From Massalongia carnosa (lineage: Eukaryota): a DNA stretch of 64,000 nt. Numbering within the stretch: the first letter of the stretch is position 1; each line of letters opens with the position of its first letter. The DNA lies in assembly GCA_965645245.1 (NCBI GenBank), contig OZ287070.1, positions 1,612,001-1,676,000 on the forward strand. The letters are read 5' to 3'. Below the pieces are notes generated by a model. It saw nothing but the letters and a program-made list of their open reading frames with translations, was not told the DNA's origin and searched no databases. Made by a program: the position numbers and the translations under genes. Below, one piece after another: positions 23,911 through 36,371 of this stretch.

Positions 23911-26757
23911 ATGAATCCCTCTAAGAAAAAGCGCCGTCTTGTTAGAAATGACAGTCCAGGCATTGATCTCCATGAACGAAGAGCACGTAACGACCTCCGG
24001 TTGAAGTCCGCTTTCGAATCTATCTTTGAAAAGTATGGAAAAGATTTTAGTGGTATAGGAGATCAAGTAGACCTTGAAACAGGAAAAATCATTGTCGATC
24101 ATGGACATTTACTGGGCATGAAACATGAGGTGGATCCCGGACGAGAAGAGGACTTGTATGATGAGTTGAATCCCGATTGGGAGTCTGAGATCAAGGATCC
24201 AACGAAGATATTGCCTCATGGCAGTGCAGATCATCAGTCTGTTTCATCTGAGTCATATTTTATAGATTCATCGAAGAGCCAACTCCGGTCTCACCCGTCT
24301 TCTAAACCGACTCCCGATTTATATAGGTTGAATCCATCCTATGATAGACCAGCTGTTGAACCAACTTGGCGCGCACCGCCTTTGCCAACCCAATTCTCGT
24401 CGCTTCTACAAGCGCCACTCCCTCTAACTTCCAATACGCATCGCCCGGAACAGGAAAGATCAATTTCCCCCCTGGGACCCTCTATATGGGCTCCTGGACC
24501 GTTTAAGGAGAGTAAAAAGCCCGTGAGACGACGGAAGAAAGCCCTCCTTCCTTCACACCTAAAAGCATTGTCAACACCACCACCTTCTACAACCGAAAAG
24601 GATCAGCTAGAACCAAAGCTATCAAGCTTCACTGACGAAAGGTCAAAAGTATCATTTCGCCTAAGACCAGAAGTAACTCCCCTAAAATCACCACTCTTGA
24701 TAACCAAAGCTTCATTTCCTTTGTCCAAATCAACCGGAATCCCAGAGTGGACCTTGAGAGAGGATCGGTTATTGCGTCATCTCAAGGTTGCGGATAGATT
24801 AACCTATTCGCAGATTATCGCTTATTATCCAGGTAAATCAGAAAAGGATTTGGAAGACCGCTGGTTTCAATTGCAAGGATTGAATGTCAACGCACAGTCG
24901 GATGAAACTCTTCATCTGAATGAGCGGTCAGCCGCAGTACAGCACAATAAGCATCTTCAAGAAACATTGAAAAGCCTATCACATGTTTACCAGTCACAAG
25001 CTGCAAAGGAGGGTCAGGATGAGGTAAATTCATGTAGAGCTCAAGAGCCATTGCCGTCCAGGATCGTGAATGACAAAATTTGGAAGCCTGGAAACCTTCC
25101 AGCCGAACATGAATTTATGAAAGAGCATGAAGCATCAAGGAAGTCTTCAAATGATCAAACCAAGTTTATGGCCGCTAAGAGACGCGCATCGACAAGTTCA
25201 ATCGACGAACTTGGAGATGATTTTGAAAGCTATCAGGGCGACATAAAAAAACCCAGTTTAATCATTAATGAAAGGTCGGAGCATGACGATGGCGCCGAGC
25301 GCTTTGTCAGCGATATCGATCATCCTCTAGATCAATTAAGCCCTATTATGCTAACCAAAATCTTTCAAAAGTCAATCTCCATACATCGAGCTGTCCCCAC
25401 ACCACCTACAAGTCCCTCAAATCCTCCATACTATGAGTCCTCTGTCAGCCCCTCACACCGACGGCGATTACGTGGAACGGGCGAAGCAAAGACATTGCTT
25501 GTGCCTCTCATCAGCGCGGTAAGGTCAGCTTGCCCACCGGTAGATGTACGTCCAAACAACATTATCGAACGCAGGAAGGAACCAAACCCTAGAGTCAATC
25601 CTGCAACCCAGAAGAAGAAAGATGCTTCAGGGTTGCTAAAACGAACCAAAATCTCGGTAAAAAAATTGAGCCGCATTACAAGTTTAGGAAATGGTATTGC
25701 ACCAGATCAGCGTCTCTCAGAGTTACCCAAGAACTCAATTGATGCAAATGAGAAGTTCATGGAAGATATATGGGAACTACCAGCAGAACGGACTTTAACC
25801 CAAGACCAAAAGGCCCCACCAAGGAAGGTCTGCAGTCACTGCTTTAATCAAACATCTTATAGATTGCACGGCAAAATCGCTGGATACCAAGTTTGTAGTG
25901 CTTGCTATCAACATCGTTTAAAGAATAACGCAGACCGCCCCATGGCATTGATTAATTCGCTCAGGAAGAAGGCTAGCCGTCATACCAATAGCCGTTCATT
26001 ACATCAGAGACACACCACTTCTGATAACGACGTAAGAGGTTCGGAAAGTCCTCTTGGCGTTTTCCCTAAGTCTCCCGTACACACAGATATGACCTTAACT
26101 TCTTTAAGTCAGGAAAGCGAGGTCACTCAAACAGAGAAACCATCTCACAAACATAAAGCCATTAGGCGCATATCCTCGATCAAGTTTCCCCAGGAAAAAA
26201 CAAGCCGCCACAGTGGCAGCCTCCTACTAGATCACGTAGAAATCAGTTCCGATACCTACGCGAGCGCTTCTGGAAGTCCTTCTGCCATGGTTGCTCAGTC
26301 ACCTAGGCTCATAGAGATGAACTTAGCTTCTTTCACAGAGGAACAAGACCTCCTCCAGATTGGAGAAATACCTCCCAAGCATAAGGCAGACAGATCCACT
26401 TCCCTGCTCAGGTCCCTCCAAGGAAATTCCAGCCGTTCCGGCGATAATCGCATACCGCGTGAGGCACAAATCAAGTCTCAAAAGAGCGCGTTAGCTTTTG
26501 ACAGTTCTTTCGGCATTGCTGTCAAGCCTTGCGCCCCAACCGAGAGCGCAATGGATTATAAGGCGCAGAAAAAAGGCAACCCGAGGACATCAAAGGCCAT
26601 TGTAGGTCCCGAACGCACGTTGGCCTCTAATGATCTAAGTGATGATGAGCTTTCAATACCCATGAAAACCGTTAGTACGCCAATGAGTACATCAACGGCC
26701 AAAAAATCCACTTCATCTTCCCTTTGTGCTTCTCGCAGGCGTACCTCTCACCTATGA
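23911..26757 (+). CDS. SCM3: Scm3-domain (CENP-A chaperone-like) protein with a Myb/SANT-like repeat and a GATA-type Cys4 finger
   Basis: RARNDLRLKSAFESIFEKYGKDFSGIGDQVDLETGKIIVDHGHL matches the Scm3 domain; WTLREDRLLRHLK...YSQIIAYYPGKSEKDLEDRW is Myb-like; CSHC-x17-CSAC finger. Single 948-aa ORF. Confidence 0.8.
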   Translation: MNPSKKKRRLVRNDSPGIDLHERRARNDLRLKSAFESIFEKYGKDFSGIGDQVDLETGKIIVDHGHLLGMKHEVDPGREEDLYDELNPDWESEIKDPTKILPHGSADHQSVSSESYFIDSSKSQLRSHPSSKPTPDLYRLNPSYDRPAVEPTWRAPPLPTQFSSLLQAPLPLTSNTHRPEQERSISPLGPSIWAPGPFKESKKPVRRRKKALLPSHLKALSTPPPSTTEKDQLEPKLSSFTDERSKVSFRLRPEVTPLKSPLLITKASFPLSKSTGIPEWTLREDRLLRHLKVADRLTYSQIIAYYPGKSEKDLEDRWFQLQGLNVNAQSDETLHLNERSAAVQHNKHLQETLKSLSHVYQSQAAKEGQDEVNSCRAQEPLPSRIVNDKIWKPGNLPAEHEFMKEHEASRKSSNDQTKFMAAKRRASTSSIDELGDDFESYQGDIKKPSLIINERSEHDDGAERFVSDIDHPLDQLSPIMLTKIFQKSISIHRAVPTPPTSPSNPPYYESSVSPSHRRRLRGTGEAKTLLVPLISAVRSACPPVDVRPNNIIERRKEPNPRVNPATQKKKDASGLLKRTKISVKKLSRITSLGNGIAPDQRLSELPKNSIDANEKFMEDIWELPAERTLTQDQKAPPRKVCSHCFNQTSYRLHGKIAGYQVCSACYQHRLKNNADRPMALINSLRKKASRHTNSRSLHQRHTTSDNDVRGSESPLGVFPKSPVHTDMTLTSLSQESEVTQTEKPSHKHKAIRRISSIKFPQEKTSRHSGSLLLDHVEISSDTYASASGSPSAMVAQSPRLIEMNLASFTEEQDLLQIGEIPPKHKADRSTSLLRSLQGNSSRSGDNRIPREAQIKSQKSALAFDSSFGIAVKPCAPTESAMDYKAQKKGNPRTSKAIVGPERTLASNDLSDDELSIPMKTVSTPMSTSTAKKSTSSSLCASRRRTSHL

Positions 26758-26945
26758 AGATCCAAATTCATGGAAGGTTTCATGTATTCATGATGTGTGC
26801 CCCAAATCAGAAAGCACTCAACTATACGTAATTATAAAACTCGAAGCATGCTCATTGGATTCTTTTGCTCGTTCGTGCTCGTCCTCACCCATCTACAACA
26901 TAAGCAGAAATCAATACTCCTAGTGATATTTGGACATCTGTACCT

Positions 26946-28584
26946 CTAATTTAAGATATCTTCAAGCTTTGTGTCCGTCTTGCCGGCAATACTACCTGCT
27001 TTTGCCCAGAATTTTGATATATGCCGCGTACCCGAATCGCAAAGAATTGTAACGATTTTACTCCCAGGCTCCATGCTCTGTGCGACCTTGATCGCAGCGA
27101 AACCTGCAATGTGTCAGATTTGGATGTGGGAGCCCTACCAGAGGATATTGACATACAGTTGACAGCACTACTACTCCCGATAAAAATACCATCCTTTTCA
27201 ACAAGCCACCTAGCCATAGCCAACGCCTGTTCATCGGTAACTTTAATTGCATCATCAATTAGCTCTCGGCCAGCCTCGAAATTCGCTGTCACTCTGTTGA
27301 TTCCAATTCCTTCTACAATTGTATCCACTTGTTGCCTTCTTCTTGTTCCCTCTTTCTCTTTTGGATCATACATCACTCCATACTTGATTCGGTTGAACAA
27401 ACCACTGCCCTGAGGGTCTGCCAACACAATCCTGATGTTAGGTACTCTTGGCTTCAAAAAGCGTGCCACTCCAGCAATTGTGCCGCCTGTACCGGCGGCT
27501 GCAACGAAGGCGTCAACCTTGCCATCACATTGCCGAAGGATTTCAGGACCTGTCCCTTCGTAGTGGGCTTGCCAGTTGGCTTCGTTCTCAAATTGGTTCG
27601 CAAAATATCCCCTCCCTCGACGGTTGGGATCTGCCGTATGTTCTGCCGCCAGAGTACGAGCGCGATTGACGAAGTGGATGGGATCCACAATCGGCGCAGG
27701 CGGAACACAGTCGACGATCGCACCGAGTTTGAGCAATAGGTCAGATTTCTCTGTGGCTTGGTCGGATGGCATGCAGCTTTTTAGGGGATCAGCATCTTCC
27801 CAAAGACCGAGCGAAATTTCTAGCGAACCGATCTAGAGCGATGATCATACATATGCGCGAGGTATCCTCTAGCTCTACACACAGTTGCAAGAGAGATGCC
27901 TGTAGACCCTACACTTCCTTCGTAAACGGTATCGCCGGATCGAGGCGTTAACAGCCCCCGTTCTTCTGCCTACACCAACGTCTTAGAAACGAAAGTACGA
28001 AATCAATCATAACGTAAATCCAATCGCAAAATTTACCATGTTGATGATACTCAAAGCTACCCTGTCCTTAGGGCTCCCCCCTCCCCCATTTAAAAACTAA
28101 ACCTCCCAATCGTCAGAACGCCTTTCGGTTTTCCGCTAATCTTACTCCCGCTAACATATTCCAAGGAAAGAATCTTTAATCCAACTAAAAGATTTAATTT
28201 TACCTCCGCCTTCACCAGAATCTCCCTCCCCGTCTCTTCCGACAAGCTCCGAATACGAAATAGCGGCGTGTCTCCCACACAGGCCTCAAGACCCTCGCTG
28301 ATCAAATGCTTTCCCCGCTCCCCCCATTGTTGCTGAATCCTACGCTCAGCAACCTGGGTATGGTCTTCCAAAATTATCTGTCTGTCACTGTTACTTCGAT
28401 CATCATTGTTATTTTCGTCAAGGCCAGCAGCGGCGGTGGCGCTGACACTGGTTGGTTTAGAGCGGAAGCCCTGCCGGCGGCGGAATCGGCGCTCGAGGTC
28501 TGGGTAGAGGTCTTTAAAGCCAAGAGTTAGAATAACTCCAGCGAAGAATGCAGTAGTTATGTAGATGCGAGAGTGGTAGTCCAT
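26946..28584 (-). CDS. PLP-dependent cysteine synthase-like protein (Mcy1/Cys12 type) with an N-terminal membrane anchor; multi-exon
   Basis: VGDTPLFRIRSLS, KAE|FLNGGGGSPKDRVA (PLP lysine), EGSVGSTGISLA, NQFENEANW, GTGGTIAG, EGIGINRVT and ILCDSGTRHISKFW. An alternative start at 28650 is possible. Confidence 0.9.
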
Positions 28585-31500
28585 TGGTGTTCGAGGGGTC
28601 GATGTTTGGATGACTGGATGAGTGGAATGGTCAATAATGATTTTCGGCATGTAGTTAAGACTCAGCCCTATTATAAGGCTTGGAAGCCCTCGCTTATCGA
28701 TTTGAAAACTTTTCCCAACAGAGCACGAAAGGCAAGGGACAACTCCACAGGTTCCCTTTGGCGTTGTTCTGTTCTCTGGCTGTTCTCAATGGTCTGTACG
28801 AAGCATCTTACGGACCGTCAATTTATTTGAGGCGTCTCGATACGGAATAATGACTTTTCACAGCACTGGTTCAGACATCTTGGATGCTCTATCCTGATGA
28901 CCAATCCTTAGATCTACGAATCTACGAAATTTTCACTCCCACAGATGGTCTGCTTTCAAACCAAACAAACAAGACTAAACCGGTATATCATCCCTCTTAC
29001 TCCCCATCCTGCCTTGTCAAGCGTTACATGATGATAGAATACACTTCTACTCAATTATTTCTGGTACCTCTTATGGCAGAAGCCTTTTTGGTTTCGATGA
29101 TCTACACGGACTTCTGATCTCGCGCTTCCCATTATCACACCAACATTCCTTCAGACGTTAGGATTTGAAGAGAGTGCGACTGACAGTGTCAACAGATATT
29201 TTTTAGTGTAGTCCAGCCCCTCTTGCGAATCTAGTAAAATAGCTGGCTCGCATCCATCGGGATTTGATGCCGGAGGGATGCAAGTGCCTCGCAAGACGGA
29301 CCAATCTGCATACCTAGATCTGACGGGATGGAGGTATTAGTCTTTGCCTCCGGCCCTAGGCAAGGCATTCTCTGAAGTACTGAGTATCTCATACTATACC
29401 AGGTATAAAACGAAAGTCCCGGTAATTTGGGTAATAGAATCCAGGATGTGCGAAATGCTGTCATCGTTACATCGCAGAATTGTTACCATAAAGAGAGCTA
29501 ATAGAATGAGGGACTTTGTGATCAGCTTATGGCTACTACAGCGTTGATACCTATCTGAGATTTTGTTAGGAACGCGCTTGAATCCATACCTATCACGTAA
29601 TTGCGGCCGGGCCCTGATGCAATCTAGAATCAATTAAGCCTGCTAGGGAACTTTATTACCTCCAAAAGCAGGAATGTGCAAAAAATTTATAGATAAAGTA
29701 GCATGCAGTTAAAATAATGTATCCATGTCTCAGCGTATCGAAGCTTGGATTTGTCTTACGATAATAAATTATCTAAAAAAAGCCTGCGTGCACGCAATCG
29801 AGAAATGAGAAGTGAGGCCTCCGTCTCCGATCCACTGGCGGCCAGGCAAGATGAACCGGAGGCGCCGCATAAAAGCAAAGCCGGAGCTGGAACGGTTGAA
29901 TAAATGGGTAGATTTTTATTGCCGCCGACGCTTGTAGCTCATGGCGAAATAACCGGGCAGCTGAGATCCAGTCGAAGGCCAACTACGCCGTCATTGGACT
30001 TTGGAGCTGGAAAGACGGGCGAAATTTGAACAGATAGGTTAGTAAATAGATACATTGCTCGTTGGTTTGAGCACTATTCTGTCCCATAGTTATCTGGATG
30101 GCTGGGTATATTTCTTAGTAGGAAATACACTCCTGTACTCTGTACACCAGAAACCCGTTAGCTTGTTAAGTACCTCGATTATCCACGCTACAATACTTAT
30201 CTCATCGTCTGTTATTGAATGACAGAATTTTTGATCGCGATCTGTCCTTCGTGCAGACAAAATCATCCCATCTTCGGATCTCTTCAGGCCGACACACACT
30301 GCGTCATCGGATGATATCCCACAAGATCAGCTATGCATGCAGGCACCTTCTTGCGCACCATTATCATACCTTATATGCCTAGATCGTGGGAACACGGCTA
30401 ATTAATCGTTCCAATTCGTAGTGATAGAACCACCGTGCGTCCCTAATCTTATCCCAACAGGTCTCCCCGCTTCCTCCAACAAACGCGGTCAACATAGGGC
30501 CCTTCTTTGCTGTTGGATTGCCTGCCGCAAGAGATGCATCTATCCTTGACCATGACTGCCATGGCTCGGGTTCCCGGCAGCATGACTCCCTTTGCGCTTA
30601 GGATTGCAGAAAGCAAATCATGGGCCCAGACCATAGTTACCGCTTTCCTTCAGCTGAGGCATTATCATCGTTATTGCATGTTTCTCTCCACTCGCCAGCA
30701 AAGAACTACACCTGCACTTTTCCGCCAAACTGCCAAAATATTCCACAAAAAGCCATGTACAATGCGTGATTATCTTCGGGGACGTGTTGCTCCGCTATCA
30801 TTTGCGTACCACTCCGCCGCCCATGATAGAGGCAAAGCGTATTATTCGGCCGAGTGCGATGTCGTGGCGTTTATGCCAAATGCGAAAGGCTCTGGATTGT
30901 ATTTCCTCCAATAGCAGGGTACAAAGTACTCTGGACAAGTAGTTAGCGTCATTCTGGCTGTTGTCATAAATCGTGATCATCACGGGCTCATCACGAGCAG
31001 ACAAATCACGTTACGAGGCTGGGGTTCGCACAGCCTAGAGGACTAGCCCCGAAGAGGAATTCCCCCCTATAACCCCAGTCCCGGCAAACATTCTCGCCAG
31101 TGCCTTCCCTGCCAAGCTTTTTTGCACACCCTCATCCTTCCACTACTGTACAGCATGGTTTTAGTCGTCGCAAATCAGATGCTCCCGTTGCTTCTTTTCC
31201 TCCTTCAATCTTTTGGAAATCAACCAGTCAGCCTCCGAAGCCGTTGTCACCCAGGTCACCAAGCCATTTTGCCCCCCTCCCATCCCTTCTATGCATCGGT
31301 GCATCGTAGCATCGGTGCATCTGTGCAGTTGTTTTAACGCTGGAATCTGCCGCTAATTGGATCCGCCCAACACTACGGTTTCGCCGGCTCACCAACCAGA
31401 GCCGTGATTTCATAGGGGCTCTCGTACTGGCTTCAAGCCTACAATTACTGGAGACTGTGTTCCAAGTCTCTACTCGTTCCTGCATGATAGTCGCGATAGC

Positions 31501-31955
31501 CAAATGCGAACGAAGTCGCTTCACCCCGCTAAGAACTAGTCAGGATAGGGAGAGACAAAGCTATGCCAGCGGCCTTTAGGAGCTCGGCAATGGCTCGAAA
31601 AGCTTTTCTGGGGATGTGACGAAAACGCGTGGATATTATCTTATTATCCATTTGTGTCCCCTGGAATATAGGCTTATCGTGACATTGAATTTCTTATTCT
31701 GCATGACGTCCCCGAGCATGTCTCATTGTGATACTGTTCTTCTCGTCCATACGTATCACTGAATTCTCTTCACGAGCTTTCCTTCGGTGTCCTCCCGCAG
31801 GTAGACTTTCTTTAGACGTACAATATTTTCTTATACCCGACCCTTCCTGGTTGTGTGGGGGTTCTGCAACGCGTCGGTCAATCTTTTGATACAAAGCGGG
31901 ACTTCAACTTGGGATTGTTTCCTCTGGAGGAAACCGTTGATATACTGAAGCTTCA

Positions 31956-33747
31956 ATGGGGAACATAACATATGAACGAGGGGCGTGCACTGTGCCCTTC
32001 CTAGATCTATCTAAATTTCCCGGCTCTGATGGGTGTAAGTCTGTCTGCAATTGCTTCAACTTTCCTTTGCTTACAGGAGCCAGACCTACCTGGCCGATTT
32101 TGCGCTCCAGTTCCCACAGCCCAAGGATCCATCAATTGTTGCCTACCATGTCCATTGCAGGACTGGGTATACTCGGACAGTGAGTTGTTGGCAACCGGTC
32201 GAGTAAAGCAGGAAGCCTAATACGCTCGTTCAGGATTTAGAAATGTACCAGAGGTTGTGGACTGGCTCAACGTCGCGGGCTTGATTTGCGCGGGATTGCT
32301 GCTGGTGTCCTACTTCGTCCTCCCGGTCGAGAAAACCTCCCGGCATTACCTCACAGTAGGTATGGTGGTGGGAGTTATGGTTCTGCAGGTAGGTAGAAGA
32401 AGGCAGGAAGATGCTACCGCTTGGCTGACCAAACCAGCTTGGCTTCATCGTTCCTTTGGCTACCAAACCACAGCAATGTCATGATTCCATTACACCTAAC
32501 AGCATGTATTCGGATCTATCATGTGCTTTCTCCGGGGCGTTTGTGCTCTTAGGAGGGTTTGCGGCAATTATGTGGTGTATGTTTCTTTCCTGAGAGGTAT
32601 TTATCAACAAACTGACCTCTTCAAGGTTTTCTCCGATCGCTCTCGCTGCATCTGCAAGTTTGTTGGAACGTTGTGCCGGGTCGAAAGTTTTTCTGGGGAT
32701 CGGTCCTGGCAGGGTGTGGGATACCCATGGTATTCGCGGCCATCTCCTTTGCTGTTACCGGAGTATCAACCAGATTCGGTACAACTTGTCTTCTCAATCA
32801 CAAGGACGCATTGCAGGATTACTGGGGACCGCTGCTTGCGTTCGCCGCCGTATCGATGATTCTTCAGTTTGCAACATTTGGATACTGCATCAAGGTGTAC
32901 ATCCGATCCCTTTTCGATGACTCGACAACCTCCGACAACAGTTCGGCCTTACCTTCGTACAACTCCAGCGTCCGGACGGTGACCGCCAAGCAAGCTTACC
33001 GACGAGTACAAAAGGTCATCGCCTTGCAGTGGCGTGGTATCTTGATTGTGCTGATTAACATTGCAAACGTTGCCTTCATGTCAATCCTCTTTGTGTCAAT
33101 GGACAACTCGATTCAAGCGGCTAAGAAAGATACTCATAAAGCCGAACCATGGCTAATCTGTCTGGTCGTCAACCATGGTGATAAGAATACATGCCTAGGC
33201 AAGGTAGGCGGCTTGGTCAAGAGTGAATCGTCCATGATGGCCGCATTGATCTTGCTATCGGTATGCAATCTGAACGTGTTACATCAGAATATCTAAAGCT
33301 AACTCCCCACAGTTGAATGGCTTCTGGACGTGGATACTACTCGGACGTTTTGCAATTGTGTCTGGCTGGATAGCATTCGTTCATTCCAAATTTACTCACT
33401 CGCACGACTTTGTCTCAGTTGATGCCCGGCGTTTCTCCGCTGACCCACGAAACTATGAAATGATCATATCTCCCCCCCAAACAGCCCTCAAGTCCGCCGA
33501 CGCTCACCAGATGACTTCCCCCGGCGCCGATAAAGACTCGGTCTCCCTTTTCTCCCAATCCACCAAGTTCGACCGCATGAGCAAGTCTGACTATTTCGGC
33601 AAGGAAACCATGTACGCCAGCCCCACGTTGAGTTTTTCAACCCCTCGACCGCCTAGCGTGGGGCTCTCGCAGCACGGGCGAGAATGGGACCCGGCAAGCA
33701 CGCATGCCAAGAGCTCTCAACCCAACACATTTGGAAACGCGCTATAA
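31956..33747 (+). CDS. 7-TM GPCR-like protein (fungal GprM / MG00532-like class); multi-exon
   Basis: Cys-rich N-terminus CTVPFLD...GRFCAP...CCLPCPLQDWVYSD, followed by seven hydrophobic segments (LPVEKTSRHYL, LRSLSLHLQVCW, YWGPLLAFA, KVIALQWRGI). Confidence 0.8.
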
Positions 33748-36240
33748 TAATCAAAGAAGGATCTTTGCTTGTTCCTCTAGCTTCCTTTCTGAATTCCCGA
33801 ATTTTACGACGTTTGGACTTAGCGATTTGGGTCAGCATTTTACCGGGTGGGGGCTGGCAAGGGGCGGGTTCATGGCATAGCTATGGGATTCTTGTGTATT
33901 ATATGAGCGCCCTTTTACCGATTCTGACTGTTCTTGGAACGGGCAGCCGTAAGACTATGTTCGATGTTATTTTCTAGCGTACAGCCGGACTGCGACTAAA
34001 GGATCAAGCTTACAGAAAAGTGGGTAACCTGCCCTTGCAAAGGGGAACGGGAATGTTTAATCGGCCGATGTTTTTAATCTTGGTGAGGATCGGTTCGGAG
34101 ATTCTGGGAAAGGGCAAACGGGAGGCGTGGTGTATGTGCCATGCGTGCCCTACGTGTCGTGCAGGAGCTAAATTAAATGTATATAATAATACCAACGTTT
34201 TTTTATTTTACTATCTCATTTAAGGTTGTCTAGGACGTATGAAGACAAGAAGAAGAAATAACGACAATAACGACAGCTTCGGTCGTGATGGATGGATGGA
34301 TGACTATGTCGCGTTTTTCTGTTATATGATTAGGTAGATAGAGATTTGTTACTTCTTGCTACGTATGTATCTATGAACCCAAGCAAAACGAATCAATCGA
34401 ATCAACGAACATACTTTTCTTTTCTGTTAAATCTACGTTCTTTCCTTTATTGCTACGTCCCCTGAATTTCAGGTCATCGTGTTGGTTATGTGGATAAGTC
34501 GATATGTAGGTACTCTTAAGGTATATAGAGTACCTGCGGGTTAGAGAGAATTGGATGCAGTCGGGTGCAGAACCATGGATATCCCTTGGAAAAGAAACCG
34601 GGAGGGGCAGGGATGGGTTTGATTGAGTTTTGTTCCTGCAGGAGTTGATCGTCGTGGTGGTGTGATGGTGTGGTGTCACGCGTGCGTGCGGTGAGTGTGG
34701 TGGGGTGGAAAGGGGGGGAATAACTCCGACATGGATAACCTTTCAACTATGTATCTTCAATCTTTATCTATTTTCCTATTTCCTTACTATCCCTTTCATT
34801 CTCTTTCGTCTTGAATGTGTCTTTTTCTCTCTCTTTCCTCCTTCCTTGGTCAATCAATCCCATCCCTCATTTCATTCAAGCATTTTTCCTATTACTCCAA
34901 CTTTTAAAACCCTTCATCCAACGAGTGAAGACTTCTTCTCACGAGAAAGTAAAATGGAAGCGAGTGGAGATATATATATATATATACACGTAGGTACGTA
35001 CGTAGATGTTGAGTTGATGCATTGATGTTTTGGGGGGGGGGGGGTTCGGATATATGGATGAATTTCTTGCATTAATAGCTCAGTTATATGTAGGGTATCG
35101 GGGCTATTTGCATCAGGAAAGGGGGCCCAGAAAATGGGGGATCCTACCGCCTTTTTGACCGGTTGGCTCGACTGCTTGCGCGTTCTTTTGGGAGCGTATG
35201 CGTATGGATTGGAGTGAGATCGTGTCGAGGGGGAGATAGGAGAAGTCTTATGTGTTGTTCGAGCGCGTTATGTACTCATCTTTTGGGGGGGTTATCGTCC
35301 ATCATATTCCGGTTCTTTGAGCTTGGTTTGAATTTTTCTTTATCTAAAATTTTCTTCGTCTTTTCTTTTCGTTCAACCTTCTAGACTAGTCCGACAATGT
35401 TTAAATCTCTCCTATAATCGCCATCTTACCTATCCTTAATTGTTGTTCTTTCAATTCGATTCTTTCTTTCTTTCATTCATCATTTATATTTCTAACTACT
35501 CCAAGCCTTGAATCTCTCCGCCCCAAGAATTCCCCCCAAGAATCCGGAGGGTGTTATTATATGATAAAAAACCGAAACGAGACGGGGGGTAGGAAGGGAA
35601 ACAGGCTGCGACTGAATTAGGAAACGCATTTGCTAGAGCCGTGATATAGGGGGTCCACTACATTCGTAAGCTTAAGGGGTTCTTTCTTATGGAGGTACAT
35701 TTCGCCTTTACCTATCCGCTTAAGGGTCTAGAGGACCAAGTTTATGGGAAACATCATCAATCTCCTAGGGACTGGGTGAACGCGTGCACTATCATAGTTT
35801 CATTTCCCAAGGTACGTATCTCTCATCCTCTGAATGATGTGTCAATCGCGCCCGGGCACGTATTTTTTTGGTACATATTTTTCCGTCTATAACTAATGCT
35901 CAACAGCAGTCCAAACCCAGGGGGGGGGGGTCTAAACAAAAAGAACAGAAAAGCGAACAGTCATTTTTTTTTCCTTGTCCGCTTCATATCCTGAAAGTTT
36001 ACTCTCATATCTTCCTTTCCTAAAAGAAGCCAATCTCAGAAAATGATCTATAAAACGAAACCCACAAGACCAAAATACATACCTAACAGCGAACGAGACG
36101 GCTAATTCGCTGACTGAACTGGCCAACTCACGAACTAGCTAGGTATCTAGCCATAACTTTCTGGAGGAGGGAGCAGTAAACGAGATAACAATAAAAAAAG
36201 TAATGAAACGAAGAAAATGGGTTTTCCTATAAAGAGAGTA

Positions 36241-36339
36241 ATCGTGTCAAGAAACTAGTAATCGAAGCGAGTCGCCTACTAGTGTCCGACATCTCAGTGA
36301 CGCATACAGCTCAGTGACGCACTTTCCCATTTTACCTAC
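36241..36339 (+). repeat. Left TIR (99 bp) with internal direct repeats CTCAGTGACGCA
   Basis: Reverse complement of 38077-38176; 12-mers at 36293-36304 and 36310-36321. Confidence 0.95.
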
Positions 36340-36371
36340 CACTCTTCACCACGTAATCACTCCACCACATC

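Noticed and set aside
29231..29633. Short minus-strand ORFs with a hydrophobic stretch and a possible intron
   Set aside because: No coherent start-to-stop gene model or recognisable motif could be built.
8025..33747. Possible functional gene cluster (glucanase, sugar transporter, GPCR, cysteine synthase)
   Set aside because: These genes are interspersed with unrelated housekeeping genes, and there is no backbone biosynthetic enzyme or shared pathway.
36293..36321. Spaced direct repeats resembling a mini CRISPR array
   Set aside because: Only two 12-bp copies with a 5-bp spacer, inside a transposon TIR in eukaryotic DNA.
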